A stretch of 54,657 bases of DNA from a virus (IMGVR_UViG_3300028840_002358:1-54657), one strand, 5' to 3'; positions 26,148 to 36,804 are shown, numbered from the stretch's first letter. Notes: generated from the letters alone by a model not told the origin. Numbers and translations are program-made.

Positions 26148-26480
26148 CTATCTAGTGAGTGCTACAACAAGTGATCCGATTGCCACACTGAGCAAAGTCA
26201 GGTCTTTCAGCGTCGGCCAAATTTTCCACCGCCGCTGCAAATCCTCGATCTGATTCTCTACTTTGAGATTGAGCGCCGCCAGTTGCGCTGTTAGCTCGAT
26301 GATTTGATCGCGCAACAGGCCGACCGCTTTCTCCAAGGAGGAGGTGTCGCGCTCGATACCCGCCACTTTGTCCTTGACGCGCTCCAGGTGGGCCTCGCAC
26401 AACTCGGCCTGCTTGCCGATGCGCTGATCCACGATCAATTGAATCTCTGACGTTTTCCGGCGCTCGTCATCTGTCGTCAT
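26148..26480 (-). CDS. Coiled-coil protein with C-terminal TM (lysis-cassette type)
   Basis: Heptad repeats, then LTLLSVAIGSLVVAL. Confidence 0.6.
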   Translation of the reverse strand: MTTDDERRKTSEIQLIVDQRIGKQAELCEAHLERVKDKVAGIERDTSSLEKAVGLLRDQIIELTAQLAALNLKVENQIEDLQRRWKIWPTLKDLTLLSVAIGSLVVALTR

Positions 26481-27298
26481 ACTCTAAAAATGCTCCTGAA
26501 CTGGCTATACACACAGCGGACCCAGGCGTCGGAGAGCATCCCAGCGCAGAGGAACACGCAGCTTGCCCGACCATCCAGAAATGCACCCGCAGCCCCTGCG
26601 CTGTACGCGCCGATGGTGAACTGACTGTTCGAGTCGTTCAACGCCGCCGGGATTGCTGCAACGTTGGTATTCTCCTGAACTGCCCCGCCCGATGCGGCAT
26701 AGATTTTGATCTCTGCCCCAGGGTCATACCGACCGGCAACGAAATACCAGCGGCCCGTCGTCGGCGTGACCTGCACGTCCACGGAAAACGCCGCCGCACC
26801 GGTCCCCACAGTGAAACGAAACGGGTCGTTCGCCAGATCGCCCCGGAAGATGAGCTGATAGCTGAGATTGGCGACGGTGTTGTCGTTCTTGCCTGCCAAA
26901 AACTCGGCGTTGGTCAGCCGGTCAAAGCGGAACCAACCGCCGATGGTCAAGCCGCGCTGTGAGACCGGGATATAGCCCTCTGTGCCCAGGATGTCGGCCC
27001 AGTTGCCCGCGCCGCCGTCGGGGCGGCTCAGGTATTGGTTCACGCCGTCAAACTCGGCATACGGCGCGCTGCTGTCATCGCCGAATAGGGCGGCGTTGTT
27101 GTTCGTGAGCCGGTATCCCATCCCGGTCGCGTCGCACACCTGGGGATTCTGGTAATCGATGAAGCCCATCGTCCAGGCGGCGCGAATGAAGGGGAGCGAT
27201 TGCAGAATGCCCATCGTCCGCTTTTGTGGATCGGTTGCATCCAGCCAGTCAAGGCGCTGTTCCATCCTGCTTACACTGCGCGCAATGCCGATGCTCAT
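26477..27298 (-). CDS. LamG/concanavalin-A-like tail protein (candidate receptor-binding protein)
   Basis: AEFDGVNQYLS, LTIGGWF, GRWYFVAGRYD..EIKIY, FTIGA. Confidence 0.75.
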   Translation of the reverse strand: MSIGIARSVSRMEQRLDWLDATDPQKRTMGILQSLPFIRAAWTMGFIDYQNPQVCDATGMGYRLTNNNAALFGDDSSAPYAEFDGVNQYLSRPDGGAGNWADILGTEGYIPVSQRGLTIGGWFRFDRLTNAEFLAGKNDNTVANLSYQLIFRGDLANDPFRFTVGTGAAAFSVDVQVTPTTGRWYFVAGRYDPGAEIKIYAASGGAVQENTNVAAIPAALNDSNSQFTIGAYSAGAAGAFLDGRASCVFLCAGMLSDAWVRCVYSQFRSIFRV

Positions 27299-28434
27299 AG
27301 CTGCCAGTCCACGCTTTCGATCCGTGCGTCAACGGTTTCCCTGCCGTTGTCGTCGATGCTCAAGATCACCTGCCGGATGATCGCCTCGAATTCGTTGCCC
27401 AGGAAGCGGGCCGTCACCCGATCGCCCCAGTCCCAATCGCGCCCGAACACGAGGCCAGCAGTGTCCGCCGCTTGCCCGGTGAACAATCGCTTGGGCCTAC
27501 CGGCCATTAGCGCCTGCTTTGCCGCCGCCTCGACTGCTTCGGGCGAACTATTGAACGAGCTATAGGACCAGTCCTCGTAGCGGCCATACCGGCTTACAGC
27601 AATGCGGCTTGCATCATATGCCTGGACAACCTCACGGAATTGGTCCTCGCCCTGGCCCCCTGCGTAGATGTAATTCGTCTCCTCTGTCCAATCATAGATC
27701 AACTGCGATGCCTCCAGATTGCCGCGCGCTTCGTCAAAAACGGCGGTCTCTGTTCGGTCTGCCCCAGGCTGCCCCGTCTTGGTTCTGAATTGAAACGTAA
27801 TCGATGTGCTCGATATGCTGTCCTCTACCACGTCCCAAAAGACCTCGTTGTCGTCGGCTTGACTGGCGCGCTGGATGTCCCCGATCACGCGGTCGAGCCG
27901 CTGCCAAGCAAAGTCTTTGCTGATCGCGGTCCCCTGAGTCGTATTGATTTGCACGGTCAGGCCGGGGATCGCCCGCGCGCCATAGCTGGGGGCAGGATCG
28001 GAGGCGTCGGTTACGGCCTGCTCGTCTACGACTTCTTTCATCAGATCATCAGCCTCGACGGCGAGTTTCATACTCTCGATGGTCTGCGTATAGTTGGCGA
28101 CGATGCGCCGACTGAGCAGGCTGTTCGGATCGAACCCGCGCAGCTCGATCAGCAGGCCGCTCTCTATTCGGGCCAGCATCCACCAGCGGATCAGGTAGGT
28201 GCGCCAGAGGCCCAGGCGTCCCCCTTGCGGCGCGCGCCATACCTGGAGCATATAATCCGGCTTGAGCAGGGTCGTATCGAACGAGGCCGGGAACCGGGCA
28301 GAGAACCGCCCCGAGCCATTGGCGACGCGCTGAAATGTGCCCGAGAGGATTTTATCAAGTAACGTGCGTCCCTGCCGATCTGCCAGGCGTCGCCCATAAT
28401 CATCGGTCAGCCAGAACTCATAAGAGCCTGCCAT
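27295..28434 (-). CDS. Siphovirus minor tail / baseplate hub protein (ReqiPepy6 Gp37-like)
   Basis: Follows Dit; NYIYAGGQGE, FGRDWDWGDRVT. Confidence 0.7.
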   Translation of the reverse strand: MAGSYEFWLTDDYGRRLADRQGRTLLDKILSGTFQRVANGSGRFSARFPASFDTTLLKPDYMLQVWRAPQGGRLGLWRTYLIRWWMLARIESGLLIELRGFDPNSLLSRRIVANYTQTIESMKLAVEADDLMKEVVDEQAVTDASDPAPSYGARAIPGLTVQINTTQGTAISKDFAWQRLDRVIGDIQRASQADDNEVFWDVVEDSISSTSITFQFRTKTGQPGADRTETAVFDEARGNLEASQLIYDWTEETNYIYAGGQGEDQFREVVQAYDASRIAVSRYGRYEDWSYSSFNSSPEAVEAAAKQALMAGRPKRLFTGQAADTAGLVFGRDWDWGDRVTARFLGNEFEAIIRQVILSIDDNGRETVDARIESVDWQL

Positions 28435-30954
28435 CTAATCAGCGCTCCAATAAGGATCGGACCAAATGATCTCAATATCCGATCCGGTTGCCGCTGAATC
28501 GTATACCAAGATGCTGATATCGTTATCCCCTGGCTGTAGGCACCACGTACCAAAGTCGCAGTTTGGAAGGATCGCGCTCTGCCGGCGTCCAAAGAAGCTG
28601 CTGACAATGCTCTTGCGAGTAGGCGCCAAATCAATAGTTAGCTCCTCATCTTGCAGTAGCGTATAGGCAAAAAGCAATTCCTTGCCCGTCGTCTCGTTTC
28701 TGATCTCGTAGACGATGGAAGAAACAGCATTCAGGCCGATGATATTGATGCGCGGGTAGGCGTCCTCCGTGCCCTCATTTGTGATCGTCTCTCGCCAGGC
28801 ACGGAGCATCAGGATGCCGGTTGTTGCGAAGCCGATCCACAGATCATAGTTCTGCTCGATTACCGGATCGGCTGGTCCTGCTGTAATTGCTGTAACTGCG
28901 TTGGTCGCCACCTCTCTGAAATCTACCTGCGCCCAACTCGCCCCGTTCCATTTAGCGATGGTGTTTACGGGCACGCCGCCCGCCGTAGTAAATGCACCAC
29001 ACGCATAGAGCATCTCATCTGGCCCAAACGCCAGATTGTTACCGACCCCGTTGAATCCTGTACTAAGCGGCGTCGTTGCCTGCCCGTCGTAGCGGGCCAC
29101 ATAGTTGACGGTCGTTGCTCCGCCGTCGGCTGTGGTAAAGTTTCCAGTGAAAAACACTTCATCTCGGGCATTGATTACGATGTCGGTAGCTTGCGCGTTT
29201 AGTTGTGTAACCGCATTCCAGGCCGCGCCGTCCCACATCGCGATATGATCGGCCCCTGCTACGTTGGCGAATGTGGTAAAGTTACCCACGACCCACACGC
29301 GATCCTGGCTGTCTATGGCTACGTCAAAGATCGCCGTGACCGCTGCCGCGCCAGCGGTCGGGTTGCCCACGGCGGCCCAAGCGGCCCCATTCCATACGGC
29401 GATGTAGTCCAGGTTGGACGCTACCGCACTAGCCAAGTCGGTGAAATTCCCAACCACGTACAGATTGCCTGTCGAATCAAAGGCCATTTGCGCGATGTAG
29501 GCGCAGACGGTTGCCGCCTGGTTCGGGACGCCGACCGCATTCCAGGCCGCGCCATCCCAATAGGCGATCCAATCGGCATTCGCCACCCCGCCGATATTCT
29601 GCGCTTGACCGCAGACATAGATATCCCCCGTTGGCCCCTCAGCCAATCCCCACATCACAGCCGCGCCCGCGCCTAATCCACCACCAACCACCGCCCACGT
29701 CTCGGTGTTTGGCGTGTACTGTACGAGATGATCCGCAGCCGCTATGTTGTCAAAGTTGAGAAAGTTTCCCGACCAGTAAACAGTTTTGTCACTGGCGACC
29801 AGAATATCATAGATCTCTGTGTACGTCCCTGCCACGTTGGGTGGACCCAACACGCTCCATTTGCTAGTGGCAGTCTCATCCTTCAGCCGCGCCGCCACGT
29901 TGCGCCGTGTGGCTGTCACGAGGCTGGTCGGCGTTGCTGCGCTCTCTCCAATCTCATAGAAGTTTGGATCGGTCGCCAAAAAACGCAAGGCAAAGGACTG
30001 TTCTAGGCAAGGAAAATCACCCCTGATCCTGCCCTCTAGGCCCGTCTCGTAGTATGCCTCGATCTCCTTGTTCACGGCTGCGCCAGTATAGCGGATCACG
30101 ATCGGCTGATCAACCGGCACGGTGTTGGGGGCCACGTCCTCGATCAGTTGTTGCCGCTTGGCGTGCAGGTCGGAGAGGCTTGTCCCCTTGACCCATCCTG
30201 TGAGGGAGAAGGGGCGGACGTTCGTTTTCTGGCTGTTCAATTCGCCGCCGGGCAGAATGGCGTAGCTATCCACGTTGAGCATGATCGGGCTCATCCCCGC
30301 GCCGATCATCCCCTCTATGTCAAAATCACGATCGGCAAAATCGACCAGGATACCACCTGCGCGGCTGACGGCGCTTCTTTGGCTATGCCCATTGTGGGTC
30401 ACTGCCAGCCATTCGCAGCCATCCTGATCGCCGTCGCAATAGGTGGTTGTGTGGCCCTTGATCTCAAACTGCACGGCGTCTACGTAAGCTGAAACGTTCG
30501 GCGTGCCGGTGATCCAGACCAAAACGACGATATTATCCCCTGTCGCGTTGGCCGTGAGGACAGGCGTCTCGACGCGCACCCAACCACTGGTTGGCCCTAC
30601 CAGATCGACGCTGATCAACTGCTGCGCCCCTACGCCCGCCTGTTTGTTGATCGTTAGTGTGAACGTGGCTGCGTTGGGAATGTTCACCCACGTGCTCGCG
30701 ATATACTCCTCATTGAGCACGCTGGTAGGCGTCAACGTAGTGGACGATCCAAATCTGTCAGCTTGCGCTCCTGCGAGTTTTTCCAGTTCCAGACACCAAG
30801 CGCCGAACATCTGATCGTCAGAACTGTAAGATCGGTTGCCGCCTGCTGCGCCTGTTGTATAGTTGGCCCATCCGTCAGTAATATTCTCCTCGAAAGATGG
30901 ATTGCGTATGTAATTGATCGTCGCTTCTGGTTGGATAAAGCTCCAATAGCCCAT
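28435..30954 (-). CDS. Distal tail (Dit)-like protein with CBM-like N-terminus and beta-propeller insertion
   Basis: NYIRNPSFE CBM-like start; LRFLATDPNFY and NEGT..AYP...LQPGDN Dit motifs; repeated IA.WDGAAWNAVG blades. Confidence 0.75.
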   Translation of the reverse strand: MGYWSFIQPEATINYIRNPSFEENITDGWANYTTGAAGGNRSYSSDDQMFGAWCLELEKLAGAQADRFGSSTTLTPTSVLNEEYIASTWVNIPNAATFTLTINKQAGVGAQQLISVDLVGPTSGWVRVETPVLTANATGDNIVVLVWITGTPNVSAYVDAVQFEIKGHTTTYCDGDQDGCEWLAVTHNGHSQRSAVSRAGGILVDFADRDFDIEGMIGAGMSPIMLNVDSYAILPGGELNSQKTNVRPFSLTGWVKGTSLSDLHAKRQQLIEDVAPNTVPVDQPIVIRYTGAAVNKEIEAYYETGLEGRIRGDFPCLEQSFALRFLATDPNFYEIGESAATPTSLVTATRRNVAARLKDETATSKWSVLGPPNVAGTYTEIYDILVASDKTVYWSGNFLNFDNIAAADHLVQYTPNTETWAVVGGGLGAGAAVMWGLAEGPTGDIYVCGQAQNIGGVANADWIAYWDGAAWNAVGVPNQAATVCAYIAQMAFDSTGNLYVVGNFTDLASAVASNLDYIAVWNGAAWAAVGNPTAGAAAVTAIFDVAIDSQDRVWVVGNFTTFANVAGADHIAMWDGAAWNAVTQLNAQATDIVINARDEVFFTGNFTTADGGATTVNYVARYDGQATTPLSTGFNGVGNNLAFGPDEMLYACGAFTTAGGVPVNTIAKWNGASWAQVDFREVATNAVTAITAGPADPVIEQNYDLWIGFATTGILMLRAWRETITNEGTEDAYPRINIIGLNAVSSIVYEIRNETTGKELLFAYTLLQDEELTIDLAPTRKSIVSSFFGRRQSAILPNCDFGTWCLQPGDNDISILVYDSAATGSDIEIIWSDPYWSAD

Positions 30955-30960
30955 TCTGCT

Positions 30961-33177
30961 CTACCTTCCGGCAAGCCCCTGCATCATAAAGAATTCGTCC
31001 TGGACGCGCATCGCTGTAGCCGCGCTGTTGACGGTCAAATTGTAGTGATTCGTGGTCATATGTTGGCTTTGGTCGGTCGGGAACACCGACGCCCCACGGG
31101 GGATGTAGGCCAGTTCAGGGCCGCGCTCGCCCACGAGGGCCATACCGCCAGGGGCAAAGGCAGAACCGTGTTGCATCACGTCGCCGCCCTGTGTTGGCCC
31201 TGCCGTGGTGGGCGTCGCAAGCTCCGTGCGGATCCGGATCACCTTCTCGGAAGGCAGCTTGTTGAACTCCTTCATAAAGTAGTCGAAAAAGCTCGACGCC
31301 TCCCCGCGCATCTGGGCAACCATCCCGGCCCACTTGCTCTCTTGAGTATCCATTGCCGCCACGGCGGTATCGGTGATCAACCCGTACTCGACGCTGATGT
31401 CCTGGCGCATTTGAGTGACGAAATCCGCCTCAGCTTGAGTGTAGCCGTCGGCGGCAAGGTTCATCTCGGCCCAGGCGTTGAAATGGTTTAGAACCATCCG
31501 GCCTAGACTTTGCCGCTGTGCCTCCTCTTGCGCGGCCTGCGATTCTTGCAAGCCGAGCAACGACTCCTCGTACTGGCGATTCTCCTCGGCAAGCAGGGCG
31601 TCCACGTTCTCGCCCTTCATCATAACGAAGCCCTCGTTTGCCTGTTCGAGCAAGCTCGTCTTTTCCGCGATCTCTTCTTGCAGCTTGCCGATAGACTGCT
31701 CTGTGCGCGCGCGCTCCAGGTCGGTTGTCTCTTCATTGTACTTGGATTGCCGCTCTAGCAGTTCGTCGAGCCGCCCTTGGGCGATGCGAACCTCCAGGCT
31801 CAACTCGTCCTCGTTGACCGCTTGCCGCCAACTCTGCCCGCGCCTGGCAATCTCTGCGAGTGCCTCCTGGTGTTTGGTTTCCAGTTTCTCGCGCTTATCC
31901 GCGAATTGCTCCGCTGAATCTGTGATCTGCTCCTCATAGTCGGCGTAGCTCATTGCGGTGTCGAGTCGGGCGTCCGCCGTCTCCATCGCTGCAACAGCAG
32001 CGTCGCGCATTGCTTTTTCTGCTCTTTGAGTTGTGGTGATGAAATCCGATTCGGCTTGTTCGGCGTCTTGGATGGCAGATTGGTAATCGTCAAATGCCCG
32101 TTGACTATCAATACCAACTGTCGCCGCTAATAGCTCCTGCTCATGCCGATGGTCTATTGCCATAACCGTGCTTCGATCTAATTCAGCATTGGCCTCCAGC
32201 ATCGCCTGCTCATATTCCGACCAACGATGCGCGCCAGCGTACAGTTCGTCGTGCATCAGCCGTTGCTGCTCGCGATTATGCGTTCTGGCTTCGCTGTCCC
32301 TTATCACCTGCTCGCGCGTGGCCCTGATTTCCTCATTGCTCATTCTGTGAGCAAAAGTCGTCTTTTGGATTTCCTCGCGCCATTCTCGGAACCGTGTAGG
32401 CAGGTCGCGGATCACCTCGTCGGCGCTCTTGCCCTCTGTGCTCATAGCCTCTAACGCCCCGGCGAAATCCTCTGCGATGATTTTCCCCGCCTCTTGCCGC
32501 ACCGTTTCCAGCGCCGCGCTTACTTTGGCAATGCGGACAGAAGCCAGATCGGACGTGTCACCCAGCGTATCAAGCGCCTTCGATCCCTCTTCCATCACGG
32601 CCATCTTGAACGCTTGCTCACGGTTGAGAGCACGGCCAGATTCGAGCAATTCATCAATGCGCTGGCGGACACGCCCTGAGCTGATGCCGAAATTGTCAAG
32701 ACGGGGGATCGATTGGTTGGCAAGCAGGGCGGCAAAGTCGGCTATGCGTTCCCCCGCCCCCATCGTCTGATCACCCAATTGCGTTGCCATCGCGGCGATC
32801 TGGCTCATTTCATCGCCGGTGTCTACAAGGCCCATCTGCAAGAGCCGCCCGGCGCTCGACATCGCCGTCATTCGATCCACGGTGTTCAAAGAGCCTTCGT
32901 TAAAGGCATTCAGGAACATCGTTGCCCGGTCAGCGCCCCCGGCAAACTGAGAGAATCGGCGTTCAGACGCCTGGACAGAGACGCCCAGCTTGCCCAGCTC
33001 GACAGTCATTGCGGGGATCTGCTGAACGAATCCAAGCAGGCCCTCACCAGCCGCGCGCAGCGCGCCCGTGACGACTTGGTTAAACGCCTCGTCAAAGCCC
33101 TTCTTGACAGAGCCAAGTGCGGTCCCCGTTTTGTCCCTGGCCTCGATCTCGACGGCAATCGTATAACGATCAGGCAT
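30961..33177 (-). CDS. Tape measure protein
   Basis: Helical/coiled-coil 738 aa after the chaperones; LDNFGI; ALVGERGPEL. Confidence 0.85.
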   Translation of the reverse strand: MPDRYTIAVEIEARDKTGTALGSVKKGFDEAFNQVVTGALRAAGEGLLGFVQQIPAMTVELGKLGVSVQASERRFSQFAGGADRATMFLNAFNEGSLNTVDRMTAMSSAGRLLQMGLVDTGDEMSQIAAMATQLGDQTMGAGERIADFAALLANQSIPRLDNFGISSGRVRQRIDELLESGRALNREQAFKMAVMEEGSKALDTLGDTSDLASVRIAKVSAALETVRQEAGKIIAEDFAGALEAMSTEGKSADEVIRDLPTRFREWREEIQKTTFAHRMSNEEIRATREQVIRDSEARTHNREQQRLMHDELYAGAHRWSEYEQAMLEANAELDRSTVMAIDHRHEQELLAATVGIDSQRAFDDYQSAIQDAEQAESDFITTTQRAEKAMRDAAVAAMETADARLDTAMSYADYEEQITDSAEQFADKREKLETKHQEALAEIARRGQSWRQAVNEDELSLEVRIAQGRLDELLERQSKYNEETTDLERARTEQSIGKLQEEIAEKTSLLEQANEGFVMMKGENVDALLAEENRQYEESLLGLQESQAAQEEAQRQSLGRMVLNHFNAWAEMNLAADGYTQAEADFVTQMRQDISVEYGLITDTAVAAMDTQESKWAGMVAQMRGEASSFFDYFMKEFNKLPSEKVIRIRTELATPTTAGPTQGGDVMQHGSAFAPGGMALVGERGPELAYIPRGASVFPTDQSQHMTTNHYNLTVNSAATAMRVQDEFFMMQGLAGR

Positions 33178-33181
33178 CGGC

Positions 33182-33744
33182 CTAGCCTCTCGCGATCTTG
33201 CGTTCCAGGTTTTCGAGTTGGATATCTTGCATCATCGCCTCAAAATCCTCTTGCGCCAGTTCTGACGGCGTGCAACCGTACAGCTTGCGCGCCCGGTAGA
33301 GCACATACGCCCACGGCGGACTGCCCGTCCCTGTCCACAGAGCCCCGGCAGCCCGGTCGATCAGTTTTTTTGCTCCTCCGTTTGCCGTTCACCGTTGACG
33401 CACGCGATGACAAACGCCATCTCGTCAGTGGTCAGGCGCTCGATCACGGTCAGGTCATCGGCAGGCAAGGGCAGCGGTTCGCCGTCATCGCCTACCCAGT
33501 TCCAGGATCGGACGTGCCCCGCATAGTACCGCATATTGTCGCGCATCTGGTCGGCAGGGGAAGGCGCACGTCGGAATAGCCGCCCCAACCAACGCCCAAA
33601 ACGATAGCGCGCTGTGTTGCGCGCCTCAGCCGCCCGCCGGTTGCCGAGCACCTCGCCCACGGTCGCGCCGCGTAGCACGAGGATCGCGCCTTCGCCCTGC
33701 ACGCTGGATGCGTCAAATGTACGCGTTGATAGTCGCTCTGGCAT
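33182..33744 (-). CDS. Tail assembly chaperone G (33361-33744) and -1 frameshift product G-T (to 33182)
   Basis: A-AAA-AAC slippery site at 33364-33370 just before TGA; -1 frame reads KLIDRAAG...YGCTPSELAQED...RG*. Confidence 0.8.
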
Positions 33745-33764
33745 AGATACCCCCTTTCAGCCGA

Positions 33765-34232
33765 CTAGCTGGCGTAGACGAACGGATCGATGTCGGCGGC
33801 GTGCACAGTGAACTCGGCCATCGCCGGTCCTGCCTCGCCCGCGTTCACGTCCGGCCAGCGCATCCGGGTGACGGGCGCATAGTTTGTCTGCCAGCCTTCA
33901 TTCCCAGCTACCGCGCCGCCGGGAATCACGCGCAGGCAGATCTTGCCATCACACACAGCCTCTCGGAACGCCTCGCGCGCTAGGCGGTACGCCTCGGTCG
34001 CGTTCGTGTTGAACACGCAGCGCACAACGATGTCCGCCGGTTGGTGCTTGCCCAATTCGCTGATCGCGAACCGCCCATCAAGCGTGTATTCGTCTGCGAC
34101 GTTTTTCGTCTGCTCGATCCCGGTCACGCTGTTGGTCGATCCGCTCACGTCCGTGAACGGCGAACAGGTCGAGCTTGCGGCGATCCCCACATACGCGCAC
34201 GCGATGGGGACACTACTGGTTGTCTGTGGCAT
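33765..34232 (-). CDS. Major tail (tube) protein
   Basis: Size, beta-rich character and position before the chaperones. Confidence 0.7.
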   Translation of the reverse strand: MPQTTSSVPIACAYVGIAASSTCSPFTDVSGSTNSVTGIEQTKNVADEYTLDGRFAISELGKHQPADIVVRCVFNTNATEAYRLAREAFREAVCDGKICLRVIPGGAVAGNEGWQTNYAPVTRMRWPDVNAGEAGPAMAEFTVHAADIDPFVYAS

Positions 34233-34271
34233 TTTGCTTTACTCCTGGGCCAACTGGCCCTACTTGTCTCC

Positions 34272-34673
34272 TCAGCGCTTTATCTCAGCGCTGCCGATTC
34301 CTAGATAATCCCTGATCTCGGCCTGCCATCTTTCGATGGCAAGCGCGAGTTTGTCCACTCGTTCGTTAAAGCGATCATCGTCGCCCGGCGCGCGGATGCT
34401 GGCCCGGATGGCATAGGCGACGTCTTTCGCTCCCATCGTCACGAAGCCGATGGTATCGATACCCAGGTCGGCCAGCTTGCACGCCCTGCCCCCCTCGCCC
34501 CAAAAGACAGTAAGCGGCGGCGCCTGCACCTCGCTGATCGCTCCCGTATCGAGCAGCGCCTTGCGCGTCCTGGCGCTCAGCATCGAGAGCGAGTGAACGC
34601 AGCCGTTGCCGCCCTCGATGAACGCCCCGTCGTTATGGTCAATGAGCAGCTTCTGGTGAATGCGATAGAGCAT
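34272..34673 (-). CDS. Hypothetical protein
   Basis: ATG 34673 coupled to the upstream stop. Confidence 0.55.
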   Translation of the reverse strand: MLYRIHQKLLIDHNDGAFIEGGNGCVHSLSMLSARTRKALLDTGAISEVQAPPLTVFWGEGGRACKLADLGIDTIGFVTMGAKDVAYAIRASIRAPGDDDRFNERVDKLALAIERWQAEIRDYLGIGSAEIKR

Positions 34674-35146
34674 CAGAAAATCCTCACCGTGATCTCGAAC
34701 CGATAGCCGGTATAGAGCACGGTCGCGTAATCGAACACGACCCGCTGACACGTCCAGTGCATTGAGCGAATCCCGGCCTGTGCGAAGAGAGGGCAGCCGC
34801 CTTGCTCGTCTAGCTTGTCGCTCACGATTGACGCAAGGTCCACCGCGTCGCCCCAATCCTCGTTGAGCTGGGAGCGTTGGCGGACGTACAGATCGAGCCG
34901 GATCAATATCTCGGTCTGTCTCACGCCGGGAATACCGGTCACGCCGTCCACGAACGTTGTCCGGTCGGTGTCTGTCGCCGCGTCCACCTCCCACCGTTCG
35001 GGATAGACCTGGATCGTTTTGGTCGTGTTCATCCCCTCAGTCAACTCGTCGTAGTTCTGGACGCGGTTCAGATCGCCCGATACGACAAGCTCCTCAAGGA
35101 CGGTATGAATCGCCGTGCAAATCTCGCCTACGGTCACAATCGCCAC
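34673..35146 (-). CDS. Tail terminator / neck protein
   Basis: Position after the gp10-like gene; alpha/beta pattern ending YRFEITV. Confidence 0.6.
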   Translation of the reverse strand: MAIVTVGEICTAIHTVLEELVVSGDLNRVQNYDELTEGMNTTKTIQVYPERWEVDAATDTDRTTFVDGVTGIPGVRQTEILIRLDLYVRQRSQLNEDWGDAVDLASIVSDKLDEQGGCPLFAQAGIRSMHWTCQRVVFDYATVLYTGYRFEITVRIF

Positions 35147-35147
35147 G

Positions 35148-35633
35148 TCATCGCCTCACGATCCGGCCCACGGCCTGCTCGATGATCCGCTTGATCCTGG
35201 CGCTGTTATCCTCTATGGCGCGCTGTAGGAACCGCTTGGCCTTGATGCCGCGTGCTGCGATCGCCATTCGCGCACCCGCTGCCAGCGCACCCGCCGCCCT
35301 GCGATCTCCGCGCATCTTGCGGACGGCCCACTCGTAGAGGGGCTTCCAGGGCGGCCAGAAGGGGCGCGTTCCCAGCTCCATATAGGGCGCGTACTCTCGG
35401 TTACTCCCTACGATGCCGGTCACAATCTTATCACGCTGCACAACTTCCGGGACGATGGACGCCCGCAATGGCCCGCGATCCACCGGCGCATTCTTGCGCG
35501 CTGCCCGCGTGACGATCAACGTCGCCTGTCCCATCGCCGCCGCCATTGGCGAGCCGGAAATGTCGCGCTGCATCTGATCGACCTTGGCTTGAAAGGCGTC
35601 CAGGCCCCTGATCTTGCCGTCTATCTCGGTCAT
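35148..35633 (-). CDS. HK97 gp10-like tail-completion protein
   Basis: ARKNAPVDRGPLRASI, YAPYMELGT, FLQRA. Confidence 0.85.
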   Translation of the reverse strand: MTEIDGKIRGLDAFQAKVDQMQRDISGSPMAAAMGQATLIVTRAARKNAPVDRGPLRASIVPEVVQRDKIVTGIVGSNREYAPYMELGTRPFWPPWKPLYEWAVRKMRGDRRAAGALAAGARMAIAARGIKAKRFLQRAIEDNSARIKRIIEQAVGRIVRR

Positions 35634-36331
35634 CGTCTGCCCGTCGCAATGCGCACGTAACGCCCATCGATCAAGATGCCCGCGATGTCGGGATCAAGCT
35701 GCTGTACGTAGAGCAGCCCGCCCAGGTCGGCGCTTGCCAAACTGTCGGCCATCGCGCCTTGCAGGCGCTTGTACCAGCGCGCCGTCTGCATAATGCACGC
35801 CTCCACGATATCGTCCGGCACATCCACGTTATAGCCCCACTTAGCCGTCACTTTCACCGTCGGCACTCTTGCCAACAGATCGATCCCCCGCCGCGCCCGC
35901 CCTCGCTTGCGCATCTGTGGCGTCTCGCCGGTGAACCAGCTTTGATCGCCATTCGGATCAACGAAGAGGAGCGTGTAGGGTAGGAGGTTGAATTCCGGCT
36001 CATCAGGATCACCGCTACCGGCAAACCAGTCCCCATCGCCCGCCATATTCGTGGTAGGGGAGTCCCACGCTTCATAGTCCTCATCTGACGGCGCGTCCTT
36101 GACGGCCACGGCGCTGATCTCCACGCATTCATCGATCAACTGGTACGCCTTGCCGCTGCCCCGGTAATATCTGGCGCTTGCAGCCGCATCTGCCTCGAAG
36201 CCGTCGGGGCGCTTGCAGAACTGGTTGATCTTGCGCTCTGCACCCGTGATGATCCGGGCAATCAAAGCGTCGTCCCCAGCATCAGTTTTCTGCATCGAGT
36301 CTTTGACCATCGCGGTTGTACAGTATGCCAT
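35630..36331 (-). CDS. Head-tail connector (gp6/gp15-like)
   Basis: MAYCT...DDALI..II..A.R.I..FC.R; VTAKWGY..VPDDIVEAC. Confidence 0.85.
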   Translation of the reverse strand: MAYCTTAMVKDSMQKTDAGDDALIARIITGAERKINQFCKRPDGFEADAAASARYYRGSGKAYQLIDECVEISAVAVKDAPSDEDYEAWDSPTTNMAGDGDWFAGSGDPDEPEFNLLPYTLLFVDPNGDQSWFTGETPQMRKRGRARRGIDLLARVPTVKVTAKWGYNVDVPDDIVEACIMQTARWYKRLQGAMADSLASADLGGLLYVQQLDPDIAGILIDGRYVRIATGRR

Positions 36332-36335
36332 CGTT

Positions 36336-36578
36336 CTACCTCATAAAAGCCCGTCTAGCCAGCAGTGCACCAGAAACGATGCTGCCAACGCAAGCCACCA
36401 CGAGAGCCGGGATATGGAGCGGTCTACCGCTGTTTCTCGCGAGATTCTCCCAGGTAATCGGTATTCCCCGTACCACGCATACGAGCACGTGATCCAGGTC
36501 AAGAGCCACGCTAACAGCCCCGCTAACGCAGAGGACGAGAAGTGCTTGATTTCGTCTCGCAAAGCGTTCAAGAGCCAC
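36336..36578 (-). CDS. Small membrane protein (frame uncertain; alternative 36341-36586)
   Basis: Two overlapping hydrophobic ORFs; one has DLDH. Confidence 0.4.
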   Translation of the reverse strand: MALERFARRNQALLVLCVSGAVSVALDLDHVLVCVVRGIPITWENLARNSGRPLHIPALVVACVGSIVSGALLARRAFMR

Positions 36579-36582
36579 TTAT

Positions 36583-36804
36583 TCACACGACCTCGATCAC
36601 ACCGTCAGCAACCAGCTTGTCACGGATAGCCGCGAGATCAGAAGTCTCATAGTCGAGTCCGGCATAGTTGAGGAGAGCACGCAACTCGGTCACGTTCCGA
36701 CCTGCTTTTCCGTCCTTGCCGCCGAGAGCTTGCCGCAATACCCCCTCAACTCGTGCCGTTTCTTGCTCAAGCCATTGCTCATCAGTCAGTTTGATAATTG
36801 CCAT
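36583..36804 (-). CDS. Small hypothetical protein
   Basis: GAGG RBS; operon context. Confidence 0.6.
   Translation of the reverse strand: MAIIKLTDEQWLEQETARVEGVLRQALGGKDGKAGRNVTELRALLNYAGLDYETSDLAAIRDKLVADGVIEVV

Noticed and set aside
33182-33372. Tail chaperone frameshift as a novelty
   Set aside because: Well-known conserved feature of long-tailed phages; listed as a feature only
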